Source: Phycisphaerae bacterium
GTDB taxonomy: Bacteria; Planctomycetota; Phycisphaerae; UBA1845; Fen-1342
DNA length: 64,000 nt
Reading direction: 5' to 3'
Assembly: GCA_963666925.2 (NCBI GenBank)
Contig: CAXXTC010000005.1
Span: forward strand, 126,108 to 190,107
Shown: one piece after another, positions 30,245 to 39,857 of the stretch
Numbering within the stretch: the stretch's first letter is position 1
Layout: each line of letters begins with the position of its first letter
Position numbers and translations under genes: made by a program
The notes under the pieces: model-generated
Databases searched by the model: none
What the model was told of the DNA's origin: nothing
What the model saw: only the letters and a program-made list of their open reading frames with translations

Positions 30245-31710
30245 GGAGTGTTCTCGACGTGCGGTGTATATGGTTCGAGCTTGACGCGGAGGGCTTTGCG
30301 TGAGTCGGGTCCGAGCTTGACGCGTTCATCGATGCGTAGAGGCATGACCCAGACCGGTCCGCGCTGGTCCCAGAGAATCCCGGTGCGGGCGCGGACAAGT
30401 GGATCGACCTTCTCATCGCTGAGGAAGTCGCCGATGGTCTTGGCACCGGGGGCGCCGAGCGGGTGGAAGCGGTCGCCGTCACGCCGGCCGCGAACCAGCA
30501 ATGGCAGACGCAGGTGGTGATAGTCGAGCCACTCTTCCTGAGGGTCGGGCTTGTTGCGGATGGAGTCGAGGCGTCCCGGGGTAAGTTCGCAGACCTCGGT
30601 GACGAGCGTCAGGCCCAGCGTGGGCAGCAGCGTGCGGCCTGGAGCGGTAACGAAGGTTGTGCCGATTTCGGGGAGCTGTTCGTCGCCGCCGAGGGGGCTG
30701 AAATCGAGCCGATTGTAAACCTTGCGTACCACGACTGGCCCGGGGACGTGGACTTCCTTGCCGCTGGCGGTCTCTTCGGCCAGCTTGAGAATGGACTCGA
30801 CGTTAGAGAAGCCCATGTCCTGCTCGCGCGGGTTGATGAGCGCTACGGCGCGCCGCACGACCTCGGCCTGGATGATCCGCTGCTTGCTGAGCAGGGCATG
30901 CGTGTTGAGCGAGAGGCGGGCCGGCGTTTCGGCGACGACCATGGATTCGAAGGCGCGCTCGGCAGCATCTTCGAGGTAGGTCCCGAGCCAGCGGGCATGT
31001 TCGCCCAGCCGCAGGAGCGCTTCCGTAACATTCGGATTGAGCTGGTCGGCAAGCAGCGGCATGACGGTGTGGCGAATGCGGCCACGGGTGAATTCGCTGG
31101 ATCGGTTGGTGGAGTCGTGGCGCATGGGAATGCCACGCTCCTGGCACAGCTCCTGAATAGTGGCGCGGCGTTGTTGCAGAAAAGGGCGAACCAGGAGGAT
31201 GTGGCTGCTGACCCGCAAGGGACGCATGTCGTGAATACCCGCCAACCCCCGCAACCCCGTGCCGCGACAAATGCGATGGAGGATGGTCTCGGCATCATCG
31301 TCGGCATGGTGAGCGACGGCGACGTGCTCGCTGCCGGTGTGGAAGGCGACGCGTTCGAGGAACTCGTAGCGCAGCGTGCGAGCGATCTCCTCGGTGGAGC
31401 CGCCGCGCTGGCCGACTACCTTGCGGACGTCGGCCCGATCGCTGTGGAAGGGGATGCTGAGCTCGTCGGCGACGCGGGCGACGAATTCGAGATCCTCGTC
31501 GGCCTCAGCACCGCGCAGGCCGTGATGAAAATGGGCGGCGTACACGTGCCAATTGAGCTGGGCGCGCCGCGCGAGCTCGGGGAGCGCGTGCAGCAGCAGC
31601 GTGGAGTCCGGCCCGCCGGAAGCACCGATGACCCAACTGGCTCCGGAGGTGAGCAGATGGCGTCGCCGCAGCCAATCGGCGAGCTGATCAAGGAATGCGT
31701 CCCAATTCAC
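30241..31710 (-). CDS. tilS: tRNA(Ile)-lysidine synthetase
   Basis: SGGPDS, HHGLRG, AHHADDDAET, RGTGLRGLAG, LVRPFL, TilS C-terminal domain. Confidence 0.96.
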   Translation of the reverse strand: MNWDAFLDQLADWLRRRHLLTSGASWVIGASGGPDSTLLLHALPELARRAQLNWHVYAAHFHHGLRGAEADEDLEFVARVADELSIPFHSDRADVRKVVGQRGGSTEEIARTLRYEFLERVAFHTGSEHVAVAHHADDDAETILHRICRGTGLRGLAGIHDMRPLRVSSHILLVRPFLQQRRATIQELCQERGIPMRHDSTNRSSEFTRGRIRHTVMPLLADQLNPNVTEALLRLGEHARWLGTYLEDAAERAFESMVVAETPARLSLNTHALLSKQRIIQAEVVRRAVALINPREQDMGFSNVESILKLAEETASGKEVHVPGPVVVRKVYNRLDFSPLGGDEQLPEIGTTFVTAPGRTLLPTLGLTLVTEVCELTPGRLDSIRNKPDPQEEWLDYHHLRLPLLVRGRRDGDRFHPLGAPGAKTIGDFLSDEKVDPLVRARTGILWDQRGPVWVMPLRIDERVKLGPDSRKALRVKLEPYTPHVENTP

Positions 31711-31949
31711 AGTCTCACCAGTATACGCGGAGCGGGGGGTGGATCAATTGGCGACGAACTGACGACGCAGCCAAACCGGCCTGTGAGCGACCCCGGGAGC
31801 GGTTGTGGTGATGAGTCCAGCGCGCTTGTGCCCGGTTGCCGGCGGGGGTACATTCGCGCTTTCGATCGACGCCGGCGCTTCAGGCGATGGAAGCCTGGTG
31901 GGCGTCGAAGTTTCACACGGCAAACAACCCCGACCCGAGGAGGCACGTG

Positions 31950-32780
31950 ATGAGAAGCTGGCTGGATACGCGGGCGATTCAGCGGACGGGTCTGATGGCG
32001 CTGCTGGTGGCGGCGCTGCTACCGACGAGCGTGGCTCAGGAAAGTGAGAAGCTACCACCGGCCAAACAGGTCATCGAGCGGTCGATCGAAGCGTTGGGCG
32101 GACGGGCCGCGTTCGAGAAGCTGACGAGCCAAGTGGTCAAGGGGACTTTCGAGATAGCCGAAGTCGGGCTGAAGGGACCGATGGTTTCCTACACCGCGCC
32201 GGTATGCCGGCAGTACACGCAGATCGAGCTGCCGGGTTACGGCGTCATGCAGAGCGGCTCCGACGGCACAGTCTTCTGGAAGATCGACCCGATGATGGGG
32301 CCGCAGATTATCGAGGGAACCGAGAGGGCACTTCAGCAGCGTAATGCCCGCTTCAATAGCGCGCTCTACTGGGAAGAGCTGTTCGAAAAAGCGGAGTGCG
32401 TCGGCATCGAGGAGGTTGAGGGCCAGCCGTGCTACAAGGTGGTTTTCACACCCAAGGTGGGCGAGCCCGAGGTGACATTCTACGATCGCAACCGATACAT
32501 CCCGGTCAAGATGGTGTTCCGGCTGAAAAGCCAGCAGGGCGGAATGACCGTCGAGGTGTTCCCGAGCGACTATAAGCGCGTTGATGGCGTGATGGCGTCC
32601 CACACACAGAAGCAGGTGGTAGCCGGAGGATTGCAGACCCTGAACATCAAGACCGAGAGCATTGAGCACAATGTGGATATCCCGGCCGATCGATTCGCGT
32701 TGCCCGAAGCCATCGTAAAGCTTCTGGAAGAGAAGAAAGCCGAACCAAAGCAGGGCGCCGCCGAGAAGACCGAGAAGTAG
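31950..32780 (+). CDS. Secreted LolA-like fold protein (paralogue 1)
   Basis: Signal peptide; IERSIEALGG..FEKL; DYKRVDGV; N..IP..RFALP. Confidence 0.7.
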   Translation: MRSWLDTRAIQRTGLMALLVAALLPTSVAQESEKLPPAKQVIERSIEALGGRAAFEKLTSQVVKGTFEIAEVGLKGPMVSYTAPVCRQYTQIELPGYGVMQSGSDGTVFWKIDPMMGPQIIEGTERALQQRNARFNSALYWEELFEKAECVGIEEVEGQPCYKVVFTPKVGEPEVTFYDRNRYIPVKMVFRLKSQQGGMTVEVFPSDYKRVDGVMASHTQKQVVAGGLQTLNIKTESIEHNVDIPADRFALPEAIVKLLEEKKAEPKQGAAEKTEK

Positions 32781-32820
32781 GCCCCTAATTCACAGATAGA
32801 CGGGACGGAGGTTGATTCTG

Positions 32821-33642
32821 ATGCAGAGTGCAGGTCGCAGAGTTGTCAGCGGGGCGTTGCTGGTGACGATCGTGGTCGTGGGTGGGTGGTGGTGCGCCCC
32901 GTCGGTAGCACAGGAAAGCAAGCTGCCATCGGCGGAGAAGATCCTCGACATGACTATCAAGGCCCAGGGCGGCCGGGAGGCGTTCGAGAAGCTGACCTCC
33001 AGCGTCAGCAAGGGAACGCTCGAGTTGGCGATGGCCGGCCAGTCGGCCGTCAGCGGAACGATCGAAACGTACCGAGCGGCGCCGAACCTGCGTTATACGA
33101 TCGTTGATCTTGGCCAGCAGGGCAAGATTGAGATTGGCTGTGACGGCTTCACGAGCTGGCAATTGCACACGCCGGGTGGTCCGATCGTGCACGATGGCGA
33201 CGAGAAGATCGAGCGCCTGCGCAACGCCACGTTCAACCTTCAGCTTAACTGGCGCGATTACTACCCGCAGGTTGAGTGCCTCGGGAAGGCGAACGTGGAC
33301 GGGCAGTCCTGCTATGCGGTTACATTGCGGCCAGCGGTCGGCCGGCCGCTGACGAAATTCTTCGACCGCAAGCGCGGCCTGCCGATCAAGGAAGAGACCA
33401 CCGCCGCAAACGATTCCGGCGAACTGTTCATCTGGGAGGCGATGAAGGACTACAGGAAAGTCGATGGAGTCCAGTTGCCGCATCTGATCGAACGGCACGT
33501 GTCCGGCGCCGGGCGGCCGGACCAAACCATCACGACTGTCTGGCAGAGCATCGAACACAACACGACGATTCCGCCGGAGAAGTTCGTTCTGCCAGATGCG
33601 GTGAAGGAAGCGCGCGACAAGCAGCGGGCGGAGAAAAAGTGA
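32821..33642 (+). CDS. Secreted LolA-like fold protein (paralogue 2)
   Basis: Signal peptide; KAQGGREAFEKL; DYRKVDGV; IPPEKFVLP; collinear with the previous gene. Confidence 0.7.
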   Translation: MQSAGRRVVSGALLVTIVVVGGWWCAPSVAQESKLPSAEKILDMTIKAQGGREAFEKLTSSVSKGTLELAMAGQSAVSGTIETYRAAPNLRYTIVDLGQQGKIEIGCDGFTSWQLHTPGGPIVHDGDEKIERLRNATFNLQLNWRDYYPQVECLGKANVDGQSCYAVTLRPAVGRPLTKFFDRKRGLPIKEETTAANDSGELFIWEAMKDYRKVDGVQLPHLIERHVSGAGRPDQTITTVWQSIEHNTTIPPEKFVLPDAVKEARDKQRAEKK

Positions 33643-34248
33643 TCAGGCCTCGCGTCGGCCGCGGAAGGCCTCTTCGAGCATCGAGCGGTTGGCGAACTCG
33701 ATCTGTGAGCCGGGGGCGATGCCGCGGGCCAGTCGGGTGACGCTAACGTTGCTGTCGGCCAGCAGGCTGGTGATGTGGAGGGCGGTGGCGTCGCCCTCGA
33801 CGGTGGGGTTGGTGGCCAGGATGACCTCGCCCACGGAGCCGCTTCTAACGCGGCGCAGCAGAGCGTCGATGGTCAGGTCGCCGGGCTCGACGCCTTCGAG
33901 CGGGGCGATGTGTCCCATGAGCACGTGATATACGCCGGTGATCAGGCCGGTGGCTTCGAGCGAGATCAGATCCTTGGGTTGCTCGACGACGACGATCTGG
34001 GATTGATCGCGGCGGGTGTCGGCGCAGATGTTGCACAGCTCGCCGTCGGCGAGATTGAAGCATTGTGAGCAGGGGCGGATCTCGTCCTTGATGGCGCGGA
34101 TGGCATCGGCCAGGGCCAGCGCTTCCGGCCGGTCGGCCTTGAGCAGGTGAAAAGCAATGCGTTCGGCCGAGCGGGCACCGATGCCGGGCAGCTTGGTCAA
34201 CTCGTCGATGAGGCGTTGCAACGGGCCGGTCAGCAGGCTGGTGCTCAC
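33643..34248 (-). CDS. recR: Recombination mediator RecR
   Basis: LPGIGARSAERIA, C4 zinc finger, VILATNPTVEGDATA, TRLARG. Confidence 0.97.
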   Translation of the reverse strand: MSTSLLTGPLQRLIDELTKLPGIGARSAERIAFHLLKADRPEALALADAIRAIKDEIRPCSQCFNLADGELCNICADTRRDQSQIVVVEQPKDLISLEATGLITGVYHVLMGHIAPLEGVEPGDLTIDALLRRVRSGSVGEVILATNPTVEGDATALHITSLLADSNVSVTRLARGIAPGSQIEFANRSMLEEAFRGRREA

Positions 34249-34589
34249 TTGGGGCCCCCAAGCAGATCGCCCATGTCCGGCAAGCCCATACCGCCGGTAA
34301 CTTCCTGCATCTCCTTCTGCATGGCCTCGCGACTGCCAGCGACAGCGGCGCGGACGGCGGCGACGGTGAGGTCCTCGACCATCTCGACGTCGTTGTTGCT
34401 GATCAGCGCGGGCTCGATCTTCAGCGCGACGAGTTCGCCGCGCCCGTCGACCGTGGCCTGCACCTGCCCCCCGCCGGCCTCACCAACAAAGCGGGCCGCC
34501 TGCATGCGCTCGTTCATGGCCTGCATGTTCTGCTTGATCTGGCCGGCGTTTTTGAGGATGTTGGCAAGATTGCCCAGTTGTCCGAACAT
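34245..34589 (-). CDS. ybaB: YbaB/EbfC nucleoid-associated protein
   Basis: GEAGGGQV, EMVEDLTVAA; between dnaX and recR. Confidence 0.93.
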   Translation of the reverse strand: MFGQLGNLANILKNAGQIKQNMQAMNERMQAARFVGEAGGGQVQATVDGRGELVALKIEPALISNNDVEMVEDLTVAAVRAAVAGSREAMQKEMQEVTGGMGLPDMGDLLGGPK

Positions 34590-34592
34590 GAG

Positions 34593-36110
34593 TTACTCCA
34601 CGGCGTCCGGGGCCGACTCGGCGGCCGGCTCCTTAACGTCAACTACTACTCCATCAAAAATATCCAGCGCTTTGCGGACCAGGGGGTCGCGTTCGACGCG
34701 GGCCCGCTCGGCCTGGGACAAATCACGGCGTACCAGCTCATGGGCAGGGGCAGATTCAGCAGCCTCGGTGGGAACGTAATCCGCCGGCACTTCGACCGCG
34801 GCCGCGGCATCCAGATCTGCATCGGGCGGACCGGCCGGCGGTCGATCTTCACTGCGTGCTGGCAAGGTGGCAGGACTGTGGGCCGCGGGCGACTCAGCGG
34901 CGCCGACCGCCGCGGGAGCCGCTACCTGCCCCGTCGGCTTGAGGGACTTTTTTTTTTCGCCGCTACTGCCGCCGGCGTTTGGAAGCTGGCGGATGAGTTG
35001 CTCAATCGGGGTCCATTCGTGCAGGTGTGCGAGGCGTACGAGCACAGCCTCGGCCAGCGCCCGGCCGGCGCTGCTGTAACGCACGTTGCGACGCAGCTCC
35101 TCGAACATCGGGATCATCTGCACCAGGTGCGACAGCTCAAACTGCTGGCTGAGCCGGACGTAGTCGTCGCGGGCGCCGGCGGGAATGTCCAGCAGATTGG
35201 CGTCGGGCCCGCAGGTCTGAATCATCAACAGGGCGCGCACGACCTCAACCGCGTCAGTACAGAACAGTTCCAGCCCCCGGCCGGCGGACAGGATCTCATC
35301 CAGTGCCACGAGCCCACCGCGGGCGTCGCCGCCGGCTACCTGCTCGAGCAGCGCAAAGACGCGCTCGTCCTGCGCCGGTGGGATAATCTCGTCCAGGACG
35401 GCACTGGTGACGCTGGTGGGCGCGACCGACAGCAATTGGTCGAGAATGCTGAGCGCGTCCCGCATCGAGCCATTGGCGAGCCGGGCGATGCGCTGCACGG
35501 CCGCCGGTTCCGCCTCGGCCCCCTCGGCGGTGGCGATTTCGGCCAGACGCTGGGCGATCGGCTCCGGGCCGATGTTGCGGAAAGTGAAGCACTGGCAACG
35601 ACTGCGGATCGTCGCGGGGACCTTCTGGAACTCGGTCGTGGCCAGGATGAACTTCACATGCTCGGGCGGCTCTTCGAGCGTCTTGAGCAGCGCGTTGAAC
35701 GCGCCGGTCGAGAGCATGTGAACTTCGTCGATGATGTAGACCTTGTAACGCGACCGGGCCGGCCGATAGACGGCGTTTTCTCGCAGCTCACGGATGTTGT
35801 CGACGCCCGTGTTGCTGGCGGCGTCGATTTCGATCACGTCGACGTCGCGGCCTTCGGCAATGCTCACGCATGCGTCGCAGGTGCAGCATGGCGTCGGCGT
35901 GGGTCCGTCAGACTCAAGGCAGTTCAGCGCCTTGGCCAGGATGCGGGCCATGCTGGTTTTGCCCACGCCGCGGGTGCCGGTGAAGAGATAGCCATGGTGG
36001 ATTCGGCCGGCCTTGATCGCGTTGGCCAGGGTGGTGGCGATGGGGTCCTGGCCGATAACCTCGTCGAAGGAGCGGCTGCGGTACTTACGTGCCAGGGCGG
36101 TGTATGCCAT
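34593..36110 (-). CDS. dnaX: DNA polymerase III subunit gamma/tau
   Basis: ARKYR, GTRGVGKTS, EIDAASN, IDEVHML, TIRSRC, GSMRDALS; C-terminal DPLVRKALDIFDG. Confidence 0.97.
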   Translation of the reverse strand: MAYTALARKYRSRSFDEVIGQDPIATTLANAIKAGRIHHGYLFTGTRGVGKTSMARILAKALNCLESDGPTPTPCCTCDACVSIAEGRDVDVIEIDAASNTGVDNIRELRENAVYRPARSRYKVYIIDEVHMLSTGAFNALLKTLEEPPEHVKFILATTEFQKVPATIRSRCQCFTFRNIGPEPIAQRLAEIATAEGAEAEPAAVQRIARLANGSMRDALSILDQLLSVAPTSVTSAVLDEIIPPAQDERVFALLEQVAGGDARGGLVALDEILSAGRGLELFCTDAVEVVRALLMIQTCGPDANLLDIPAGARDDYVRLSQQFELSHLVQMIPMFEELRRNVRYSSAGRALAEAVLVRLAHLHEWTPIEQLIRQLPNAGGSSGEKKKSLKPTGQVAAPAAVGAAESPAAHSPATLPARSEDRPPAGPPDADLDAAAAVEVPADYVPTEAAESAPAHELVRRDLSQAERARVERDPLVRKALDIFDGVVVDVKEPAAESAPDAVE

Positions 36111-36162
36111 CGTTCGCGTCCGGGTTCTGGGCGGTCCGCTCGCGGGTGTTCGTCAGAAAAAG

Positions 36163-36278
36163 CCTGAGGTTCGGGCCAGGTGATCGATGCACGTGGGCCG
36201 TACCGGATGGGCTGCTGCCTTCCGACCCTGACCCGTTGCCCGACCGACGCACTGCACCGGCCCAACCGTCACCTCAGG
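36163..36278 (-). ncRNA. ffs: Small SRP RNA (4.5S)
   Basis: Minus-strand GGGTCAGGGTCGGAAGGCAGCAGCCC domain IV motif inside a long hairpin closed by CCTGAGGT/ACCTCAGG, with a T-run after; classic position upstream of dnaX. Confidence 0.9.
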
Positions 36279-36448
36279 TAAGGGACTATGGTACCCGGGG
36301 AACGTGGAATCATCCAGCCAGCCCCCCGAAACCGGGTGCTGGCAAGGATCGGCTTCAGGGATGGTTTGGCGTCGGAACCGGCCGATTGGTACCATGCATA
36401 ATTGACAGCGCCATTGCCAGTATTGCCCGCTCGTGTGGGGGTTGGTTC

Positions 36449-38797
36449 GTGAGTGAGAGCCGGGATTCATTTGAGGATGCCGAAAGTCGCGCGCGCGGCG
36501 GCGATGATTTGTCTGCGCCCGATCCGCCAGACGAGACGCTGAACGCCTCACGCGAGACGTCGGGGGGCACACCGGTCGACGATTGCGCCATTCCGGCGGA
36601 CGCATTGCCTGGTTATCGGATGATCAAGGAGATTCACCGCGGCGGGCAGGGAGTGGTATATCAAGCGTCGCAGTTGTCGACGCGGCGCAAAGCAGCAATC
36701 AAGGTCATGCGCCAGGGGCCATTCGCCGGACCGTCGGACCGCGCCCGGTTCGAACGCGAGGTTCGCGTACTGGCGCAGATCCAGCATCCCAACATCGTCG
36801 GCATTCATGACACCGGCCAGGCGGCAGGTTGTTACTACTACGTCATGGACTATATCCACGGGCAGCCGCTGGACGCCTACGTCCGGCAGCGCTCGTTGAG
36901 CATCGATGAACTGCTGAAGCTGTTTCTGAAGATCTGCGACGCACTCAACGCGGCCCACCTGCGGGGCGTGGTCCATCGCGACCTCAAGCCCGGAAACATC
37001 CTGATTGATACCGACGGCGAGCCGCACGTGCTCGATTTCGGCCTGGCCAAAACGGTGGCGGCGGATACGGACACGACGCGGATGACGATAACGGGGCAGT
37101 TCCTCGGATCGCTGCCGTGGGCGGCACCGGAACAGGCCGAGGCCGCGCCGAGCAAGATCGACACGCGCACCGACGTGTACGCGCTCGGCGTGGTGCTGTT
37201 TCAGCTCCTGACGGGAAAGTTCCCGTACGACGTCATGGGCAACATGCACGACGTGCTGAACAACATCCTGACGGCAGTGCCGCTGCGTACGACGCGCCTG
37301 CGGCGAGAAATCGGCAACGACCTGGACACAGTTGTTCAGAAGTGCCTGGAAAAGGATCGCCCCCGGCGCTACCAGACGGCGGGCGACCTGGCGCGGGATA
37401 TTCGGCATTACCTGGCGGGCGAACCGATCGAAGCCCGGCGTGCCAGCATCATGTACATGATGCGGACGCGCACCGCGACGGCCGTGGGCCGGCGGCCAAT
37501 CGCAGCTTGCCTGGCGATTGTCCTGATATCGGTCATGTTTGCACAAGTTGCCGGCGGGCTGACAGTCTTCCTAATCACACCGCTGAACTCGCTGTTCGAG
37601 CAGCTGGTACAGAGAGGTCGCCCAACGACCACCGCAACGAAGCCGCTGAAGGACATTCGTGTGGTCGCGTTGCGACGTGACATGGACTACGCCGGGATGG
37701 CGCAGCAGGTGGGGCTGAGTGAAGACGTGCTGCGCAACGACCTCTACGCGATGCGTCGCGTGCATGGGCTGTTGATGCAACGATTGTGTGAGGCCCGGCC
37801 GGCGGTCGTGGTGTGGAACATACACTTCCGCGCCGAACGCCCCGAGTATGACAACTACCTGGCAGCGGGCATGCAAGCTCTGCGGGATGCGGGGATCGAA
37901 GTGGTGGTGGGGGTCCCGAACTGGTCGCTCGGGCCGGACGGTCTGCCAGAACTGTGCCGCGCCGTGTTGCGCCAGGCGCGCTGGGGGAGTACACCATTGC
38001 AGGCAGGTCAGGGCGATACCTGGAAGCTACCGATACTGATTCAACACGGCCTGGCCGACCCCCTGCCCTCGATGGAGCTCCAGGCCTACGCCGCTTTCCG
38101 CCAACCAGGCTGCCGCTTCGATCTACGAGTCAATTTGCAGCGCGAGACTATTACGTTGCTGTACTGGCGCCGGACAGACCCGACCGTCCCTAGCAAGGCG
38201 TTAACTGGCACAACGGAGGAGATTCGCCTGAGCGCTGTGCGCCGGATAATCACAGAGAAAGGCGTTGATATTGGGGTATTCCCTAATGACCTGGCTGGAT
38301 ATTACCTGATCGAACTGCCTAGCGATGCGGACCTGGAGCGCGTAACGTGCCAATACGATACGCTGTTGAACGCAGATCCGGACACACTTCGCGAACTTGT
38401 CCATGGCCGCATCGTAATCATTGGAGATGCCCGTTTCAGTGAACGGTATAACCGGGACCCGCAACAGCGCACCATATGGGAAACGCACACTCATGCTGCT
38501 GTGATAGACATGTTGTTGCGCGATGCACCGTTGCAGATTGTGTCCCCACCGGCAATGCTGTTGCTCACGGCGTTAGCGGCATTCACAGGGATGGGTATCG
38601 GATGGAGGTTCTTGCGGCACACGGGTTGGCGCGTACTGATTTTGGCAGCATGCTCCGGCCTGTTCATGGTGATGAGCTTCTACGGTGCCTGGTATTTACG
38701 AACACTATACCACCCGCTCATTGCTGTGACGGCGCTATTGGTGGCAAGCGAAACTTCCGCGTTGGTGCGAGGACTATACCTGACGCGCAAACTATGA
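36449..38797 (+). CDS. Hanks-type Ser/Thr kinase with C-terminal CHASE2-like sensor and TM helices
   Basis: GGQGVVY, AAIK, HRDLKPGN, DFGLAK, WAAPEQ, DVYALG. Then a TM helix, IRVVAL..RRVHGLL..PAVVVWNIHF..GRIVIIG..ETHTHAAVI and three terminal TM helices. Confidence 0.85.
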   Translation: MSESRDSFEDAESRARGGDDLSAPDPPDETLNASRETSGGTPVDDCAIPADALPGYRMIKEIHRGGQGVVYQASQLSTRRKAAIKVMRQGPFAGPSDRARFEREVRVLAQIQHPNIVGIHDTGQAAGCYYYVMDYIHGQPLDAYVRQRSLSIDELLKLFLKICDALNAAHLRGVVHRDLKPGNILIDTDGEPHVLDFGLAKTVAADTDTTRMTITGQFLGSLPWAAPEQAEAAPSKIDTRTDVYALGVVLFQLLTGKFPYDVMGNMHDVLNNILTAVPLRTTRLRREIGNDLDTVVQKCLEKDRPRRYQTAGDLARDIRHYLAGEPIEARRASIMYMMRTRTATAVGRRPIAACLAIVLISVMFAQVAGGLTVFLITPLNSLFEQLVQRGRPTTTATKPLKDIRVVALRRDMDYAGMAQQVGLSEDVLRNDLYAMRRVHGLLMQRLCEARPAVVVWNIHFRAERPEYDNYLAAGMQALRDAGIEVVVGVPNWSLGPDGLPELCRAVLRQARWGSTPLQAGQGDTWKLPILIQHGLADPLPSMELQAYAAFRQPGCRFDLRVNLQRETITLLYWRRTDPTVPSKALTGTTEEIRLSAVRRIITEKGVDIGVFPNDLAGYYLIELPSDADLERVTCQYDTLLNADPDTLRELVHGRIVIIGDARFSERYNRDPQQRTIWETHTHAAVIDMLLRDAPLQIVSPPAMLLLTALAAFTGMGIGWRFLRHTGWRVLILAACSGLFMVMSFYGAWYLRTLYHPLIAVTALLVASETSALVRGLYLTRKL

Positions 38798-38802
38798 TTC
38801 TT

Positions 38803-39052
38803 GCCTCCTCAGCAGAATTCGTGGGTGCGTTTCCGTCATTTGGGCGTCCGCCGGGGCGTGTTCTGCCGCAGGAAACAGGGCGAATTCGACCGTCACAGAG
38901 CTCGCGTTGGCGGCCCCCCGAATCCGAGCGCCGGTTTGTCGGGATGGACCCGGCGCGGCCCCGTGAGGGGAAAGAAGCCCCAGGAAGGGGCCCGGGGAAA
39001 CCTGCGGAGCCGGTCTCCCCGGATTTCGACCCACGAATTCTGCCGAAGAGCA
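38803..39052. mobile_element. Non-autonomous MITE, ISL3-like ends
   Basis: Terminal inverted repeats GCCTCCTCAGCAGAATTCGTGGGT / ACCCACGAATTCTGCCGAAGAGCA flanked by direct repeat TGATTCTT (38795-38802 and 39053-39060); no transposase. Confidence 0.8.
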
Positions 39053-39078
39053 TGATTCTTGAACAAGGGAGGATTAAT

Positions 39079-39802
39079 CATGGTATCTCGATGTACAGGA
39101 CTTCTCGCAGTTGTGGCGTTTCTGACAGTCATGAGTGGTTGTACCCAGGGCCAGAGAACTGACAAGCCGGGTCCCCGCATGGCAACACGGGAGGCGAATG
39201 AACAAACGGTGCACCTGAAGAGTTACCTGGTGGGTAACAAGCGGGCGGAGATCAAGCCAGACGTGGATGAGTCGATCGGCATGCTGCTGACACCAAACAC
39301 GTGGTTTCGAAGCAACCACGACGTTTCCATTCACGTGTACGACAATACGGATGGCATCGAACACAGGTACGATGCGTTACTGGGACACGAGGCGGACAAG
39401 GACATCATCGCAGAAGGATTGGTGCGCAACACCGTCTCCTGCCTGTTCGTCTCCACCGGGTGGGGGCTCTCTTCGGGGACGTCACCTTCGGGAGAGTCGC
39501 CCTGGGTCAAGGCCGAGGGACAGGGTACCAGCCTGGTTGTACGCATCATGGGTGATACCGACCCGACCCAGGTTGTTCACGTGATCTACAACTTGGATGA
39601 ATCGAAGCATGACGTGAAAGTGACCTGGAACCCCGACTACAACCATGGCAGCGAATTCAAGCTGGTGGCGCCGAAGCAGTGCATAATGGTCCGGTATAAC
39701 GACACCCAGTTACCGGACCCCGTGTCGACACCAGGGGAACATCAGGTCTTCCTGGACACAGTGCGTCAGCGCGCGGCGATCGCGGGGATTACGCTGGGTT
39801 GA
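39079..39802 (+). CDS. Hypothetical lipoprotein, possibly FecR-like
   Basis: GGAGG then ATG 39079; VMSGC lipobox; beta-rich SPWVKAEGQGTSLVVRI segment. Confidence 0.65.
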
Positions 39803-39857
39803 CGGCATAACTGAGATAAATCAACAAGGCTCGCAAGCGGCGGGCCAGCATATCGCC

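Noticed and set aside
36089..36448. N-terminal extension of the kinase ORF
   Set aside because: It overlaps the dnaX start and the SRP RNA on the opposite strand.
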